A stretch of DNA of 64,000 bases, taken from positions 2,112,001 to 2,176,000 of the forward strand of contig CP068257.2 of the NCBI GenBank assembly GCA_009914755.4, given 5' to 3'. The position numbers and the translations under genes are program-made. The notes under the pieces are model-generated. The model searched no databases, was not told where the DNA came from, and saw nothing but the letters and a program-made list of their open reading frames with translations. Each line of letters begins with the position of its first letter. The stretch's first letter is position 1. Source of the DNA: the human T2T-CHM13v2.0 reference genome, Homo sapiens. Positions 23,643-38,364 of the stretch are shown piece by piece.

Positions 23643-25394
23643 ATTCCACGTTTCTTTCCTGTGATTCCCCCATGCGTGTAATAAATGTGTACACATTTTC
23701 TTCTTTTGACATGCCTGTTATCCATTTATTCAATAGACTCAGTTATCATACCTTCAGAGGGTAGAGGGAAAGGTCTCCAAGTCCTACAGTTCCAAAAGAA
23801 AATAGCTAGTAATGCAAATGCAAAAGTCATATAAACTTTGAGACAAAGTTAGCGTCTTATATGGTACGTTCAGAAAGAAGAGGTGTGTTGCACACCAAGG
23901 GACATTTTCCTGGTCTTAGCTACTAAGTTTCTCTGAGAAGAAGCAGTCACTACTACAGCAGTTAAACACCTGACTCCCAAATTATAAAAGCCTAAGTGTT
24001 CAGATTAAATCATGAGTTGTCACCTGTGAATCATAAAGTCTGAACTCTTTAAATTGCAAACACTCATAGAAAAACGATTCTTACACAGGGATCCATGAGT
24101 GGAACTGCAAAGTTTTGTCAAAATCTATATATATGTTTTCTTTTTAAGGGTCATAGATTTCAATATATGTTAAAAGATATCTGGGGCTAGTAAAGATTAA
24201 TAACCATTTTCAGTTTTGTGCTGAAATTGGCAAATCATGGCTTTTCTCCCTCCAACACACCCCCTCCCGCCTCAGCACACCACTGGTTAATCTTTATTTT
24301 CAGGAGAGAAAAAGATGTTTCATATTAATAAAGGTAAATTATACACTTGTTTGTTTTATACTTTTCCACCTCTTAAGCTTAATCGTGTTTTAATAATGTA
24401 TAATTGAATACATTAACATTTAGATGTTAGTAAATGAATAACAAATGTTCATTATTTCTCTTGAGTAGAGGAATAAAAATTTTGCACCTGTTGTATAGAA
24501 TGATTTTTAAAATCTCATTCAATCCTTCAGAAGTTTAAGATTTTTTTTCAAGAATTTTTATATAAAATTTTTACTCAGAAGCAGATAGCTCACAAAAAGT
24601 ATGGGGGTTTTTTGGATTATAAATAAACTATTCCACTCACCAAGATGCTGAGACATCCTACTTTCTGGTATTTTGAAATAAAAACAAAACACAAGAATGT
24701 GACGATGAAGCAAGTGAAAATTAAAAGGGTACAGACTTTAGAAGTATCATAAGCTAAAAATAAAATGAAACAAACCTGTAAAGGAACCAAAAGCCCAGGT
24801 AGATATAATACAGTAAATTATGAGAAGCTAAAAAAAATGAGGAGGTGATAAACAATAAAGTGAAAATCTCTGATAAAGCCAAAACTACTTGAATGGCAGT
24901 CAACAAAACAGAAGAAAAAAATGACACTCATAACAAGGCAGAACTATGGAAATGCATCCCTGGGGGTAAGATAATAGAGTTGCGAATTAGTGGAGGTGGA
25001 TCACAAATACTGGCCAAATAAAGCCCGCTAACATAATTCAAAGGACAGAGAAATTCTGTAGCTGAAGATAAAAAGTCTGAAATACATTATGGTATAGTCA
25101 AATGAGTGTCATTTCTAATAGACACACTTATTTTTCAAGAGTTGATAATATGAAGTAAAAATTTAGTATGCAAAGTTCAAATTTTCCATTTGTTGAGTAA
25201 TTCATTTTTATTAAATATTTTCCAACAATTAAACTAAAGTGGTACCAGAACAGAGTAGACATTCTGAGTTTTCACTTTACAAAAGCTACACATAAATCAA
25301 CGTACTTCTTAAGGGTATAAACAAAGTCAGAGCCTGTGTGATATTTCAATAAACAATTGGAGAAAATTTTTTTAAGAATAGATTATATACATAT

Positions 25395-25475
25395 TGACCT
25401 CTTTGAGAACCTTATTTTTTTCTTTTTTTTGTGTGTGTGTTTGTTTTTTTGTGTGTGTGTGTGTTTTCATTTCTT
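25395..25475. repeat. T-rich/(GT)n simple repeat directly adjoining the poly-A end, read here as poly-T, of the downstream minus-strand L1.
   Basis: ttatttttttctttttttttgtgtgtgtgtttgtttttttgtgtgtgtgtgtgttttcatttcttttttaaattattattatta. Confidence 0.75.
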
Positions 25476-25480
25476 TTTTA

Positions 25481-27259
25481 AATTATTATTATTATACTTT
25501 AAGTTTTAGGGTACATGTGCACAACGTGCAGGTTCGTTACATATGTATACATGTGCCATGTTGGTGTGCTGCACCCATTAACTCGTCATTTACATTAGGT
25601 GTATCTCCTAATGCTATCCCTCCCCCCTCCCCCCACCCCACAACAGTTCCCAGTGTGTGATGTTCCCCTTCCTGTGTCCATGTGTTCTCATTGTTCAATT
25701 CCCACCTATGAGTGAGAACATGCGGTGTTTGGCTTTTCATCTTTGCGATAGTTTACTGAGAATGATGGTTTCCAGCTTCATCCATGTCCCTACAAAGGAC
25801 ATAAACTCATCATTTTTATGGCTTCATAGTATTGCATGGTGTATATGTGCCACATTTTCTTAATCCAGTCTATCATCGTTGGACATTTGGGTTGGTTCCA
25901 AGTCTTTGCTATTGTGAATAGTGCCACAATAAACATACGTGTGCATGTGTCTTTAGAGCAGCATGACTTATAATCCTTTGGGTACATACCCAGTAATGGG
26001 ATGGCTGGGTCAAATGGTATTTCTAGTTCTAGATCCCTGAGGAATCACCACACCGACTTCCACAATGGTTGAAATAGTTCACAGTCCCATCAACAGTGTA
26101 AAAGTTTTCCTATTTCTCCACATCCTCTCCAGCACCTGTTGTTTCCTGACTTTTTAATGATTGCCATTCTAACTGGTGTGAGATGGTATCTCATTGTGGT
26201 TTTGATTTGCTTTTCTCTGATGGGCAGTGATAGCATTTTTTCATGTGTTTTTTGGCTGCATAAATGTCTTCTTTTTAGAAGTGTCTGTTCATATCCTTCG
26301 CCCACTTTTTGATGGGGTTGTTTTTTTCTTGTAAATTTGTTTGAGTTCATTGTAGATTCTGGATATTAGCCCTTTGTCAGATGAGTAGGTTGTGAAACTT
26401 TTCTCCCATTCTGTATGTTGCCTGTTCACTCTGATGGTGGTTTCTTTTGCTGTGCAGAAGCTCTTTAGTTTAATTAGATCCCATTTGTCAATTTTGGCTT
26501 TTGTTGCCATTGCTCTTGGTGTTTTAGACATGAAGTCCTTGCCCATGCCTATGCCCTGAATGGTATTGCCTAGTTTTTTTCTATGGTTTTTATGATTTTA
26601 GGTCTAACATGTAAGTCTTTAATCCATCTTGAATTAATTTTTGTATAAGGTGTAAGGAAGGGATCCAGTTTCAGCTTTCTACATATGGCTTGCCAGTTTT
26701 CCCAGCACCATTTATTAAATAGGGAATCCTTTCCCTAGTTCTTGTTTTTGTCAGGTTTCTCAAAGATCAGATAGTTGTAGATATGCGGCATTATTTCTGA
26801 GGGCTCTGTTCCATTCCATTGGCCTCTATCTCTCTTTTGGTATAAGTACCATGCTCTTTTGGTCACTGTAGCCTTGTAGTATAGTTTGAAGTCAGGTAGC
26901 GTCGTACCTCCAGCTTTGTTCTTTTGGCTTAGGATTGACTTGGCAATGCAGGCTCTTTTTTGGTTCCATATGAACTTTAAAGTAGTTTTTTCCAATTCTG
27001 TGAAGAAAGTCATTGGTAGCTTGATGGGGATGGCATTCAATCTATAAATTACCTTGGTCAGTATGGCCATTTTTACAATATTGATTCTTCCTACCCATGA
27101 GCATGGAAGGTTCTTACATTTGTTTGTATCTTCTTTTATTTCATTGAGCAGTGGTTTGTAGTTCTCCTTGAAGAGGTCCTTCACATCCCTTGTAAGTTGG
27201 ATTTCTAGGTATTTTATTTTCTTTGAGTCAATTGAGATCCTTATTGTGAGATTCAATTC
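25481..27259 (-). mobile_element. 5'-truncated young L1 (L1PA2-L1PA4-like), comprising the 3'UTR plus about 1.6 kb of the ORF2 C-terminal region.
   Basis: The left end ttattattatactttaagttttagggtacatgtgcacaacgtgcaggtt is the reverse complement of the L1 3' terminus. The segment continues collinearly through the reverse complements of ...tgagaatgatggtttccagcttcatccatgtccctacaaaggac..., ...gcagaagctctttagtttaattagatcccatttgtc... and ...cttgtaagttggatttctaggtattttatt..., with only a few percent divergence from young L1PA consensus. Confidence 0.93.
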
Positions 27260-27269
27260 AGAATCTGGG

Positions 27270-27568
<299 letters not shown>

Positions 27569-29132
27569 AGAATCTGGGTCTTAACCAGATTTGCCATTAT
27601 AAAATGAAATGAAACCAAAACCACCAGTCAATATCTGTAGCAGTGTTATTGTTGGGGAGCATGCACGTTTGTTTGAGCTTACTTATATATACAGAGCTGT
27701 TTAGCTTAATCTTTAAATTGAAAATTTTTAGTATTTTTAGAATGTTTTAGATACTTTGATGAATAAATTTTGTGTTAACAAACTACTATTAATAAAACTT
27801 ATAAATTAAATATTTCTGAACACATTGGCAGATGTAAATGACAAAGTTATATTCACACAATCAGTTTTTCTTGCACAGAATTGACATTTTGTCAAAAAGT
27901 TAAAATCTTTGAAATGTGTTTTCTGTCTCATCTTTCCCCTTTTGAGCATTTTTCCCCCTGGGTTGGTTATAAAATATTCCCTAACTTCAGGCATCTGGTT
28001 AAGTTTTGGGTTTTCTCCCTTCCTACCAACTCATATGGATTGGTAATGATCTGATAGAAGACAATTGCCAAAAATCAATCAAATATGTTTTAAATGAAAC
28101 TTCTCCAAGATAATATTCATATTAATCCTTCTTTAATTGCTGAATGAGTAATAATTGTTCACTGACCCTTAAAATCCTAAAACTTAATCAGCTCACTGGA
28201 GTGGATGAATGGATGTTTGTCTAGAAGAGAATGCTTAAGGTCTACTTCAAGGAGTTCATAATGGTAAAAATGTCCTTTTCTTCCATCAGAAACTTCATCC
28301 TGATCTTTTCATCCTTGTTTTTCTACTAGCTCTCCTTCTCCAAATACACTGACTTGGAACCCCAGTTTCAGTGGTGGACTGCGTGGATTTGATTCTAAGC
28401 TATGCTATAATGAGAAAGTAGCTCTAACCCTATTCTCATTTTCTTCACCTGTAATATAGAAATCATCATCAGACAATATACAGATAGGGGCCAGTTATTT
28501 CACAGATAATAATAGGTGAAAATGGAGAGTATGTGGGTGTAGGCATGGAAAAGTGAGTTTAAATGGTTTCAGGAGTCTGTGGAAATTGTCTTTGGGTGAT
28601 TCAATGTTCTCAGGGAAGCACACCCAAAAAGACATTGAGGATTTCTGGGGAAGTGTTAGGGATTAGAGACAGGATAAGATACAAAACTAGGAAAATTAGA
28701 GAGTGAATAGATTGGAACATATGTAGTATGATTGATTGATAGGCGGCACTCAGATTCTCAGTTTCAAGTGGGATATTTTTCAATTTGATCCATATAGCTA
28801 GTTGCTAAAATATATGTGGGGATTTGGTGGAAATTTGGATCTAACCAGGGTTATTTTCCTGGTTAGATTCAGCAAAGTGAAAGAGAAACAAGGAAGTTGA
28901 AGTTTCCTGGGAATGGTTGGCCACGGAATTTAGGCAGGAGAACAGGAAATAGAGTACATCAGTAGGTAAGGGTCATTATAAATATGATAAAATAATAGTT
29001 TGGAGGTCTCAGAGAGATTGAAAAATTTTATGTCAGCGTATGAAAGGGAATGATTAAAGGAGGAGTTCAGAGAATGGGATGAATGAAATTGTGACTACAG
29101 AGGAGTTGCTATTATAAGTAACGACGATGCTT

Positions 29133-29323
29133 CACTCAGTCCCTCTGGAAGTGTGGTCCCTGTGCTAGCAGCAACAGCATCACCTGGGAACTTACTAGAA
29201 CTGCATATTCTCAGGTTACACCCCCAGATCTTCCAAATATGAAATTCCAATAGCAGGTCTCAGCAATCTCTTATTGTAACACAACTGTAGGCAATTTTGA
29301 GGCACACAGTAGTTAGCACAACT
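29133..29323. mobile_element. MER5-like hAT-Charlie non-autonomous DNA transposon relic of about 190 bp.
   Basis: cactcagtccctctggaagtgtggtccctgtgctagcagcaacagcatcacctgggaacttactagaactgcatattctcagg...cagcaatctcttattgtaacac...agcacaactg resembles the MER5A consensus, as I recall it. That consensus is CAGTGGTTCTCAAAGTGTGGTCCCC...CAGCATCACCTGGGAACTTGTTAGAAATGCAAATTCTCAGGCCCCACCCC...CAGCAATCTGTGTTTTAACAAG...CACTG, including its CAGTG/CACTG-like termini. Confidence 0.5.
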
Positions 29324-32300
29324 GGTCTAGTGTATGTCTTATTTGGTCTTCCTCCCCGGTTCACAGTACAGAGCTCCTGAAACTTGAAATTTCCTGATAG
29401 AGATGAGAGGACCATCCTTTACTAGTCATAAGTCCCTCTTAGCCATACCTGAGTTTATGCTATTGACATGACATGAGTGGTGGCTGGAGACCCGTATGGC
29501 TTCAGGGTGGGTGCTTGACACCAGAAACATGAAGGCATAACTAGATGGTTAAAACTGTCAGCCCTCTCCTCCATCACCTCTGAGGTGCTGGGAGGGTGAT
29601 ACAATGATATACTTAGAGGTCATATGGCAGCTTTGTGCCCCTTTTCACCATACCTGGCCCTATGTGTCTCTTCTATTTGACAGTTCCTGATTTGTATCAG
29701 ACAGTAACTGTAAGCAAAGTGCTTTCTTGGGTTCTGTGAGCCATCTTAGCAAATTATAGAACCTGGGGAAGGAATCCATGGAAGTCCTAATTTATAGCCA
29801 GTTGGTCAGGAGTATGGCAGGCCCACAACTCCTCTCTAATGGTGGGGGGGTGGCAGTCTTGTGGTCCTGAACCCTGAACTTGTGGGATCTGATTCTATCT
29901 CCAGATAGATAGTCTCAGGATTGAATTGAATTGTAGGACACCATTTGGTGTCCTGAGAGTTGAAAAATTGATTGGGGTGAGACTAAACCAACAAATTTCA
30001 TCTCAGAAGTTTGAGTAGAAATAATTCTGTTGGAAAACATTATCGTTAGATCAAAGGTGTTAATAGAACTGAGAGATCAAAATGGCAAAGAGTCATCTAT
30101 GATTAAACATTGTTGACATAAACTAGAATTAAGACAAGAGTATGTCAAAGAGAGTTACATTGAGCCAGGGATAAAAATAGTCAATTGATTGATTAGAATT
30201 TAGTAAATGCTATTTTTTGAAAAATTAATATTTAGTTAATTGAGATACTTAATTATCTCCATTTTGACTTTAAATTTAAAACTAAAAAATTGATATTTTA
30301 TCTATTTTCCATAAATGGAAATTGAAAAGCAATAGCAAAATGCTTCGACAGAAAATCTGCCCTTCTTATTCCCAAGAGGAAGAATGGCCAACTACCTTAA
30401 GAATAAGTTAGAAAAACTTTCATAATTTTTTAAGTTGCCATATTTTATAGCTTTGAACAAGTTGAATTATTAACTAGACTGCCCAGGGAATGGAGCCATC
30501 TAATATAATTTCCTTACTATTTAGATAAAATCTTTGTTGTTGAAAATCTTAATCATTTTTAATGATCCTGTTTTCAGAGCCTGATATTAATGATTCGTGA
30601 AACTCATTAAATGCAGTTATGCATCTGATTTGAAAATCATGAGGGAGATTTTTGGTCAGATATGCATAGCAAATCTATGTCACTAGACATAAGTCCCTTC
30701 TACCCATGCCACAACCTTTATGTCTACTCTTGAATTGAGGTTTTGCTACGTTTTATTTTTGAGGTTTAAGAATTATTCATTTAACTGTCGGAAAATTGTG
30801 TTTCTCTTGTTAGAATAGAGCCCAATTTGTCCTTTCTATTTTTCATGGAGACATGAAAGGATGTGAATTTGCAATCAGAGAAACCTGAGTTCCACCATGC
30901 TTTCTTCCTCTTGCAAGCCATGAAATCCACAGTGGGTTAGTGGATATTACAAACCCCTGGTCCCACCTTATTAAGATGGAAAAAAATAAGACTAATTGAA
31001 AGAACAAATGTGGTAATGAGAAGAAATGGTATCAATAAAGTTCCTGGAACACAGTAAGTTCTAACAAATGCTAGTTCTTTTCTTTCATAATTCAAAATCT
31101 AAATAGAAGCCAGTTGGTAATTCCAAGATAATAGTATGAAGACAAAAAAAATGTTTGTTAACTGACCTTCAACCATTGAGACCTTATCTTATAGGAAGCA
31201 AAATTAACAAATATTTTCTCCCTTCTACAAATGTATACCCTCTGAGAAAGAGAGACAGTGTTCCAATCAAGACGATGACAGTATTCTGTGCACACATAGG
31301 AAAGGAAGAAGAATAAGAGAGAACATTTAAAAAGACAATTTTAGATAGGCATCCTATTTTTACCGGCAATAACATTTTTTAGAACTTACGGCATACAAAA
31401 TAGACCTTAAATGGACTCAGTGTTGAGAAAATTTTATAAGGCTGCTTTATTTTCTTCTATGGTAAATCTAGGAACCAATAAAATAGCTTTGATAATTCAC
31501 TCATTACATTCTTTCCTAACTAAACTATTTACATTATAAACTTTGTTGATATGCTGTGCTTTTGCATTAATAATTCTCATGTGTCTCATTTGTGAATACA
31601 TGAAAACTAGTTGTAAAATAAGGAAAATGTAATTTTGAAACATCTTCAAAAACAGTTGCATAATTTAACAAATGTTTATAAATTTTCGTCCTTACTCTAA
31701 AACCATAGATATCCTAAAATTGATTGAAGGTAAAATGATTTTTAAAGAACTGGATTTCTCACCATGAGTTATTTTATCTCCATACAAACTGTGGTAGTGT
31801 TATACAATGGTTAAGAAGAAATTACTTAAAAATGAGAATAAAGATACAGCTTATTAACACTTCATTTTGTGGATGAGACCTGAAAAATTAAACTTTTCTT
31901 CTAGAGACAAGTTGTAGTTGTGTATATAGAGTGTGAATAGATAGTGTCCATATTTTACTGTCATTATTTAAACAGAAACATGCAATTTGCACTTCAAAAA
32001 CCTACTACAAATTAACTGTGTCATTTGGAAGTGTCAAAATTATCTCATTAATGATCAGATAGGCTTTTGGCTCATTGTAATGAGATGTTCCTATAAACCT
32101 AATTTGAAAGACAAAGACAGAGTTTGGAGTCTTTAATTCTTGGTAAAAATCAGTAGCTCTATTTAGGGCTATATTTGCAAAATACTATTTCAACTCAAGC
32201 ATATTTTTATTTACAAGGCACTTCACAAATGTTGACCACAAAGATGTTTCTACCTAGCAGAAATAATTATAGTTACATATAGTTGTCTAGGAATATCTTA

Positions 32301-33162
32301 AACATGGGGTATTAAAATAACTTTCAAGAACAAGAAGAAATGTTACACCAGGCATTTTTGCAACTAGTGCTCTATTTCAGTGCAATATTTGTGGCAATTA
32401 AAAAACATAAATGGCTTGGATATATAGCTAAGTTATCAAAGGAAAAATATGCAAAGGCATGATTATTTTATAAATGTGCCACATATGTGACTTGAGGTAC
32501 AAATCCTCTAAGTTTAAAATTGTCTTTTTAAAAAAGAAATCAAAACAGACAAGTGGGCAATGAGTTATGGATACTATTATAGGGTACCCTGATAAACTAG
32601 TAAGAAGACGACTTTTGGTACTGAAAATTCCAATTAACCACATGCCCCCATTAAGGCCATGATCACTGCCAATTTTTACTCACAAAGGCTGGAGCTAGAG
32701 TTATATGGAATTCCATATGTATCTAAACCATAGATTTATCAATTATCACTTAAATACAACTTGGAAGACACTATCCAGAATTTGTAGGGCTTGGCCTTAT
32801 TCTAGAGAAACATACACTGGAATAGGCAGTTGGATTTTAAATTCAGTCTTAAATCTGTTGAAAATAATGCATTTTTTTCTCAGAGATGAGATATTGTTCA
32901 ACTCTTTTGACTTATTTTAGATTTGATAATATACAGTTCAAACACCATGGAGATTTACTAATCTGAATGAACACACACCAAATTTGTCTTTGCTCCAGTC
33001 TCGAAATCTGAGATTAATTCTAGCTGCTGAAGAAATTTTCCAGTGTTAGGAGTATGCTTCAATGCTGGTGACCGGTACTACTTTCTGGTAAACTATAGAT
33101 GACATGTGTGCTTTCATTGCCTAAACTCACTTTGTAGAACACCATTAAATGAAAATCATCAC

Positions 33163-33462
<300 letters not shown>

Positions 33463-33480
33463 TCAGTGACTCTTTGTTTT

Positions 33481-33560
33481 TCATGCTGATAAACTATTAC
33501 GAAGAAAAAGAAAATTTTCATGCTGATAAACTATTACACAGAAAAAGAAATGTATCCATT
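33481..33560. repeat. Local tandem duplication of about 38 bp lying between the two inverted Alus.
   Basis: tcatgctgataaactattacgaagaaaaagaaaattt is followed immediately by tcatgctgataaactattacacagaaaaagaaatgta. Confidence 0.75.
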
Positions 33561-33636
33561 ATGGACAATTAAAAGGGCTATACAATCTCTCTCATTGTAT
33601 GATTCTAGTTTTCTTTATTTTTCTTTTCTTTTGTTC

Positions 33637-33945
<309 letters not shown>

Positions 33946-35540
33946 TAACACAATTCTTATTACTTCTGTTTCAATTTTACAAAGCCATAGGTTTTTAATC
34001 TGGGAAACCTTTGAGAAAACATCCAGATAAATTTATAAATAGAAAAATAAATTCAGACAAATATAATTAAGTTTATGATCTAACAAGTGGGTGGCAACCG
34101 AAAACTTTCCAAGTTCCATAAACTGAAGTGAAAGGATCACTTTCCTGAAAATATTACAAAGGCTTGATAATTACCTGGATTGTACTAAAACCTACACAAT
34201 CTAGTATATTCTATAGCAGCAATTCATAAAGACAGCTTCACTTACCATGTAGAATTTATACATACATTAAATTTAAGGAATGCGTTACTTGTTATTGGAG
34301 TAGGATAATAAACTCCCAGCAGAACTGATTTTCATGAATGCCTATTAAACTATCATTGATGTAGAAATTAAACAATATATTAAGCTATTCAGACCCAGAT
34401 TGTGAGAGACAGAGAAAAACTTCAAAAAAGTTCAGCTACCAAATCCCTTCCTCAATAGCTCTTTGAGTCTCAAGACAGTTTCAACCACACACATCCTCAG
34501 AGTCTTATGGTCCAAACAACATTTGACTGCAGCTCTAAAGTAAGCAAACATTTGAAAAGAAACTCAAAGATCTATACCTGTAGTTATGGTCAAGGAGGTC
34601 CACCTACTGGTGGGTGAGCATGGCAAGGATAGGGACTAAGCCAAATGATGGGTTTACCAAAACAGAAACAAGAGAAGTCATTGGAAGCACAGTCCAGGTT
34701 ATAACAGGAGCCCAGGCACTTGATGTGGGAACCCTATTTGTCTCATTCAGCACCTAGAGTTTTAACGTCCTATGAGGCACAGCTAATGCCCTTCATTATT
34801 TTTTTGTAATTGACTGCATAGTTTAGAACTATGCCTTGAATTTAATATCTATCTGTTGAATAAATGAATTAATAATGATGAAAATCTGTCCACAGGTTAT
34901 GTGCAGTACTGAAGAGCAACTTCAGCTATTGAGGTATCTATCAGAAGTCTTACTCTCCAAAAAGCCTCTGGTTAGTTACTGATATACGTTGCTGATAATT
35001 TCACTCTCACAATGTAGGGGAAGCAGGAATGTTATCTGGCCTCTTGGCTCCTCTTCCTTTGCCTTCCACAGATCTCTCTGCTGGTTCACAGAGGAACACT
35101 TTCGTGGCTCTCAGTTCATTTTGCAATTCTGCTAGAATCTCATTCCATCCTCAGTTGTAACTACCTTGTCCTTCACCCAACGCTTATTTACGGAGGGACA
35201 GATAGCAAGAAGAAATCGCACTCTGGATTACAAAGTGGGAAGACGCACCCCTTGGCCAGAATGCCTGCCTCCTATGTTCATGAAGGATATTTCTAATTGA
35301 TCTCGGCACTCTTTTCCATTGAGCCCATGTCCCAAATTGGCCGTGAGTTAGGGAGAGGGCTCTAGAGTGGGAAAGGTGTACCCAAAACTTCCCTAATCTG
35401 ACTATCAAGCCTAAAAAATTAAACTTTCAATTCAACATCCCTTGTTTCTCCAACTTGGAGTGCCTGATGGTGTGGGAAGCCCCTACTCATAAAAATTCAT
35501 AGTTGAAGATTGTTGGTAATTTTGCCCAACCTCCTTCTTT

Positions 35541-35990
35541 TCTTTTTATTCTACTTTAAGTTCTAGGGTACATGTGCACAACGTGCAGGTTCATTACATA
35601 TGTATACATGTGACATGTTGGTGTGTTGCACCCATTAACTCGTCATTTACATTAGGTATATCCCCTAATGCTTTTCCTCCCCTAGCCCGTCACCCCACAA
35701 CAGGTCCCGGTGTGTGATGTTCCCCTTCCTGTGTCCATGTGTACTCATTGTTTAATTCCCACCTATGAGTGAGAACATGTGGTGTTTGTTTTTTTGTCCT
35801 TGTGATAGTTTGCTGAGAATGATGGTTTCCAGCTTCATCCTTGTCCCTACAAAGGACATGAACTCATCATTTTTATGGCTGCATAGTATTCCATGGTGTA
35901 TATGTGCCACATTTTCTTAATCCAGTCTATCATTGTTGGACATTTGGGTTGGTTCCAAGTCTTTGCTATTGTCAGTAGTGCCTCAATAAA
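35541..35990 (-). mobile_element. 5'-truncated L1PA 3' end of about 450 bp. It is flanked by a target-site duplication, ctccttcttt, at 35,531-35,540 and 35,991-36,000.
   Basis: tctttttattctactttaagttctagggtacatgtgcacaacgtgcaggttcattacatatgtatacatgtgacatgttggtgtg...tcagtagtgcctcaataaac is the reverse complement of the L1 3' terminus. The sequence ctccttcttt is duplicated on both flanks. Confidence 0.9.
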
Positions 35991-38364
35991 CTCCTTCTTT
36001 CTTTGCCTAGTTACACCTCAATGCAACCTGCTGGCAGGCCAGCCTTAAGCCCAGCAGTCCAACCATGCATCTAAGCTGAGTTCTCATCAGAGCCAACTTC
36101 AATTATAAACAACTGAGATGATGCCAGAGGCCAGAATCCCTGAGAACCCAATTTGCTGTCATCACCACAGCTGAAACAAGGCGCTTGGCATCTAGAAAAG
36201 CTGATCTGTAGGAAATTTCCAATAGAGTTCAAGTTTTTCTAAGTTTAAAGTGTACAATATCATCAAGGTGAGACACTCAAGATAAAACTAGGCTTGTGTT
36301 TAAATATAATAAAAATATTTGAAGAATAGTAAGAGTGGTGACTACTTTTACACAGGAATGTTTCAAATAAATTGTTTTTTTCTTGTGCCTTTTAAATTTT
36401 GTGATTTGTCAATGAGATGCTGACATGTTTTTAATGAAGCATGCCTTGTAAAATAATAAGTGAATGAAAACTACACAGTAATATTTACATCAACAAAGCT
36501 AGAAGAAGACTGTATGTCTCAAGAGGCTCCATCATCTACCCAGTGGCCACTTCACCAAATTAAGATCCAAATACCAAAAAGAAAAGTAATTAAAATTTGT
36601 GTTGTATGCCTTATAAGACCAAACCTATAAAATGAGGGGAAACTTCACAATTACTTGTAATTTGCTCTGTGGAATTGTAACAGATGGATTATAAAGATGA
36701 TTCCATGATAAACATGTAAATGTGGTTACTACCTTCTGTGCTTTCTTGGTTCATATTTTTATTGTTTTTTTCTTTATAAACAGATAATTCATTCTTATCT
36801 ATGGCAATGCAAACTTTTCAGATGTATTGAATATGTCATAGTGTTTTTCTATTGTAGGCATCTCTAAAAAAGTTATAGAAAACAAACAGAGAAAAGTCTG
36901 GTGTTGGAAAGGAGAGAGAAATAAAGCTTGTAAAGGAATGAAGATTAGAGCTTTCTGGAGATAAAAATTCTTAGAAGATACAAAAGCTAGTTACTGAATT
37001 AGATGAAGGTTCTTTTTCAGTTTTTCCCAGTTGTTCACCTCTTAGAAGGCACATATTCACAGCAGAAAAGAAAAATGTGTTAAAAAGAAAATACCTCGGT
37101 GTAGTGAGACTGTAATTTCATGAGGGCATTACTGAAGACTCACTTTTTCCAGCATCACTCAGCATGGTATTATGCATGTGTGTAATGTAAAGGAAAGTGA
37201 ATACGCATTCTTGGATGGGTGATCAAATCGTAATTCCAGAATATAATCAGAAGCTGATTCATTATCCTCTTGAGATTTCACAATCTTTTCATCAGGAATT
37301 AAAATTCAGAAGAGGGTAAATGTATCTAATCAGTTGAAAGTTAAAAATTAGAGGATGGAGGCAACATGGCCGAATAGGAACAGCTCCAGTCTACAGCTGC
37401 CAACGTGAGTGATGCAGAAGACAGGTGATATCTGCATTTCCAACTGAGGTACCAGGTTCATCTCACTGGGGAATGCTGGACAGTGGGTGCAGCGCACCAT
37501 GCATGAGCCAAAGCAGGGAAAGGCATCACCTCACCTGGGAAGCAGAATGGGTCAGAGAATTCCCTTTCCTAGTCAAAGAAAGGGGTGACAGATGGCACCT
37601 GGAAAATCAGGTCACTCCCACCCTAATACTGCGCTTTTCCAACAGGCTTATCAAATGGCACACCAGGAGATTGTATCCAGCACCTGGCTTGGAGGATCCT
37701 ACACCCACGGAGCCTCGCTGTTTGCTAGCACAGCAGTCTGAGATCAAACTGCAAGGTTACAGTGGGGCTGGGGGAGGGGCGCCCGCCATTGCTCAGGCTT
37801 GAGTAAGTAAACAAAGCAGCCAGGAAGTTCGAACTGGGTGGAGCCTAACACAGCTCAAGGAGGCCAGCCTGCCTCTGTAGGCTCCACCTCTGGGGGCAGG
37901 ACACAGACAAACAAAAGACAGCAATACCCTCTGCAGACTTAAATATCCCTGTCTGACAGCTTTGAAGAGAGTAGTGGTTCTCCCAGCATGCAGCTTGAGA
38001 TCTGAGAACGGGCAGACAGCCTCCTCATGTGGGTTCCTGAACCCTGAGTAGCCTAACTGGGAGGCACCCCCCAGTAGAGGCAGACTGACATCTCACATGC
38101 CCGGGTACCCCTCTGAGTCAAAACTTCCAGAGGAACGATCAGGCAGCAGCATTTGCAGTTCACCAATATCCACTGTTCTGCAGCCACCGCTGCTGATACC
38201 CAGGCAAATAGTGTCTGGAGTAGACCTCCAGTAAACTCCAACAGACCTGCAGCTGAGGGCCCTGACTGTTAGAAGGAAAACTAACAAACAGAAAGGACAT
38301 CCACACCAAAACCCCATCTGTATGTCACCATCATCAAGGACCAAAGGAAGATAAAACCACAAAG

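Noticed and set aside
29133-29323. The idea that the MER5-like segment might be a tRNA- or SINE-derived RNA gene.
   Set aside because: There is no tRNA cloverleaf, no A/B box arrangement and no terminal A-tail. The CAGTG...CACTG-like termini and internal motifs fit a hAT miniature element relic instead.
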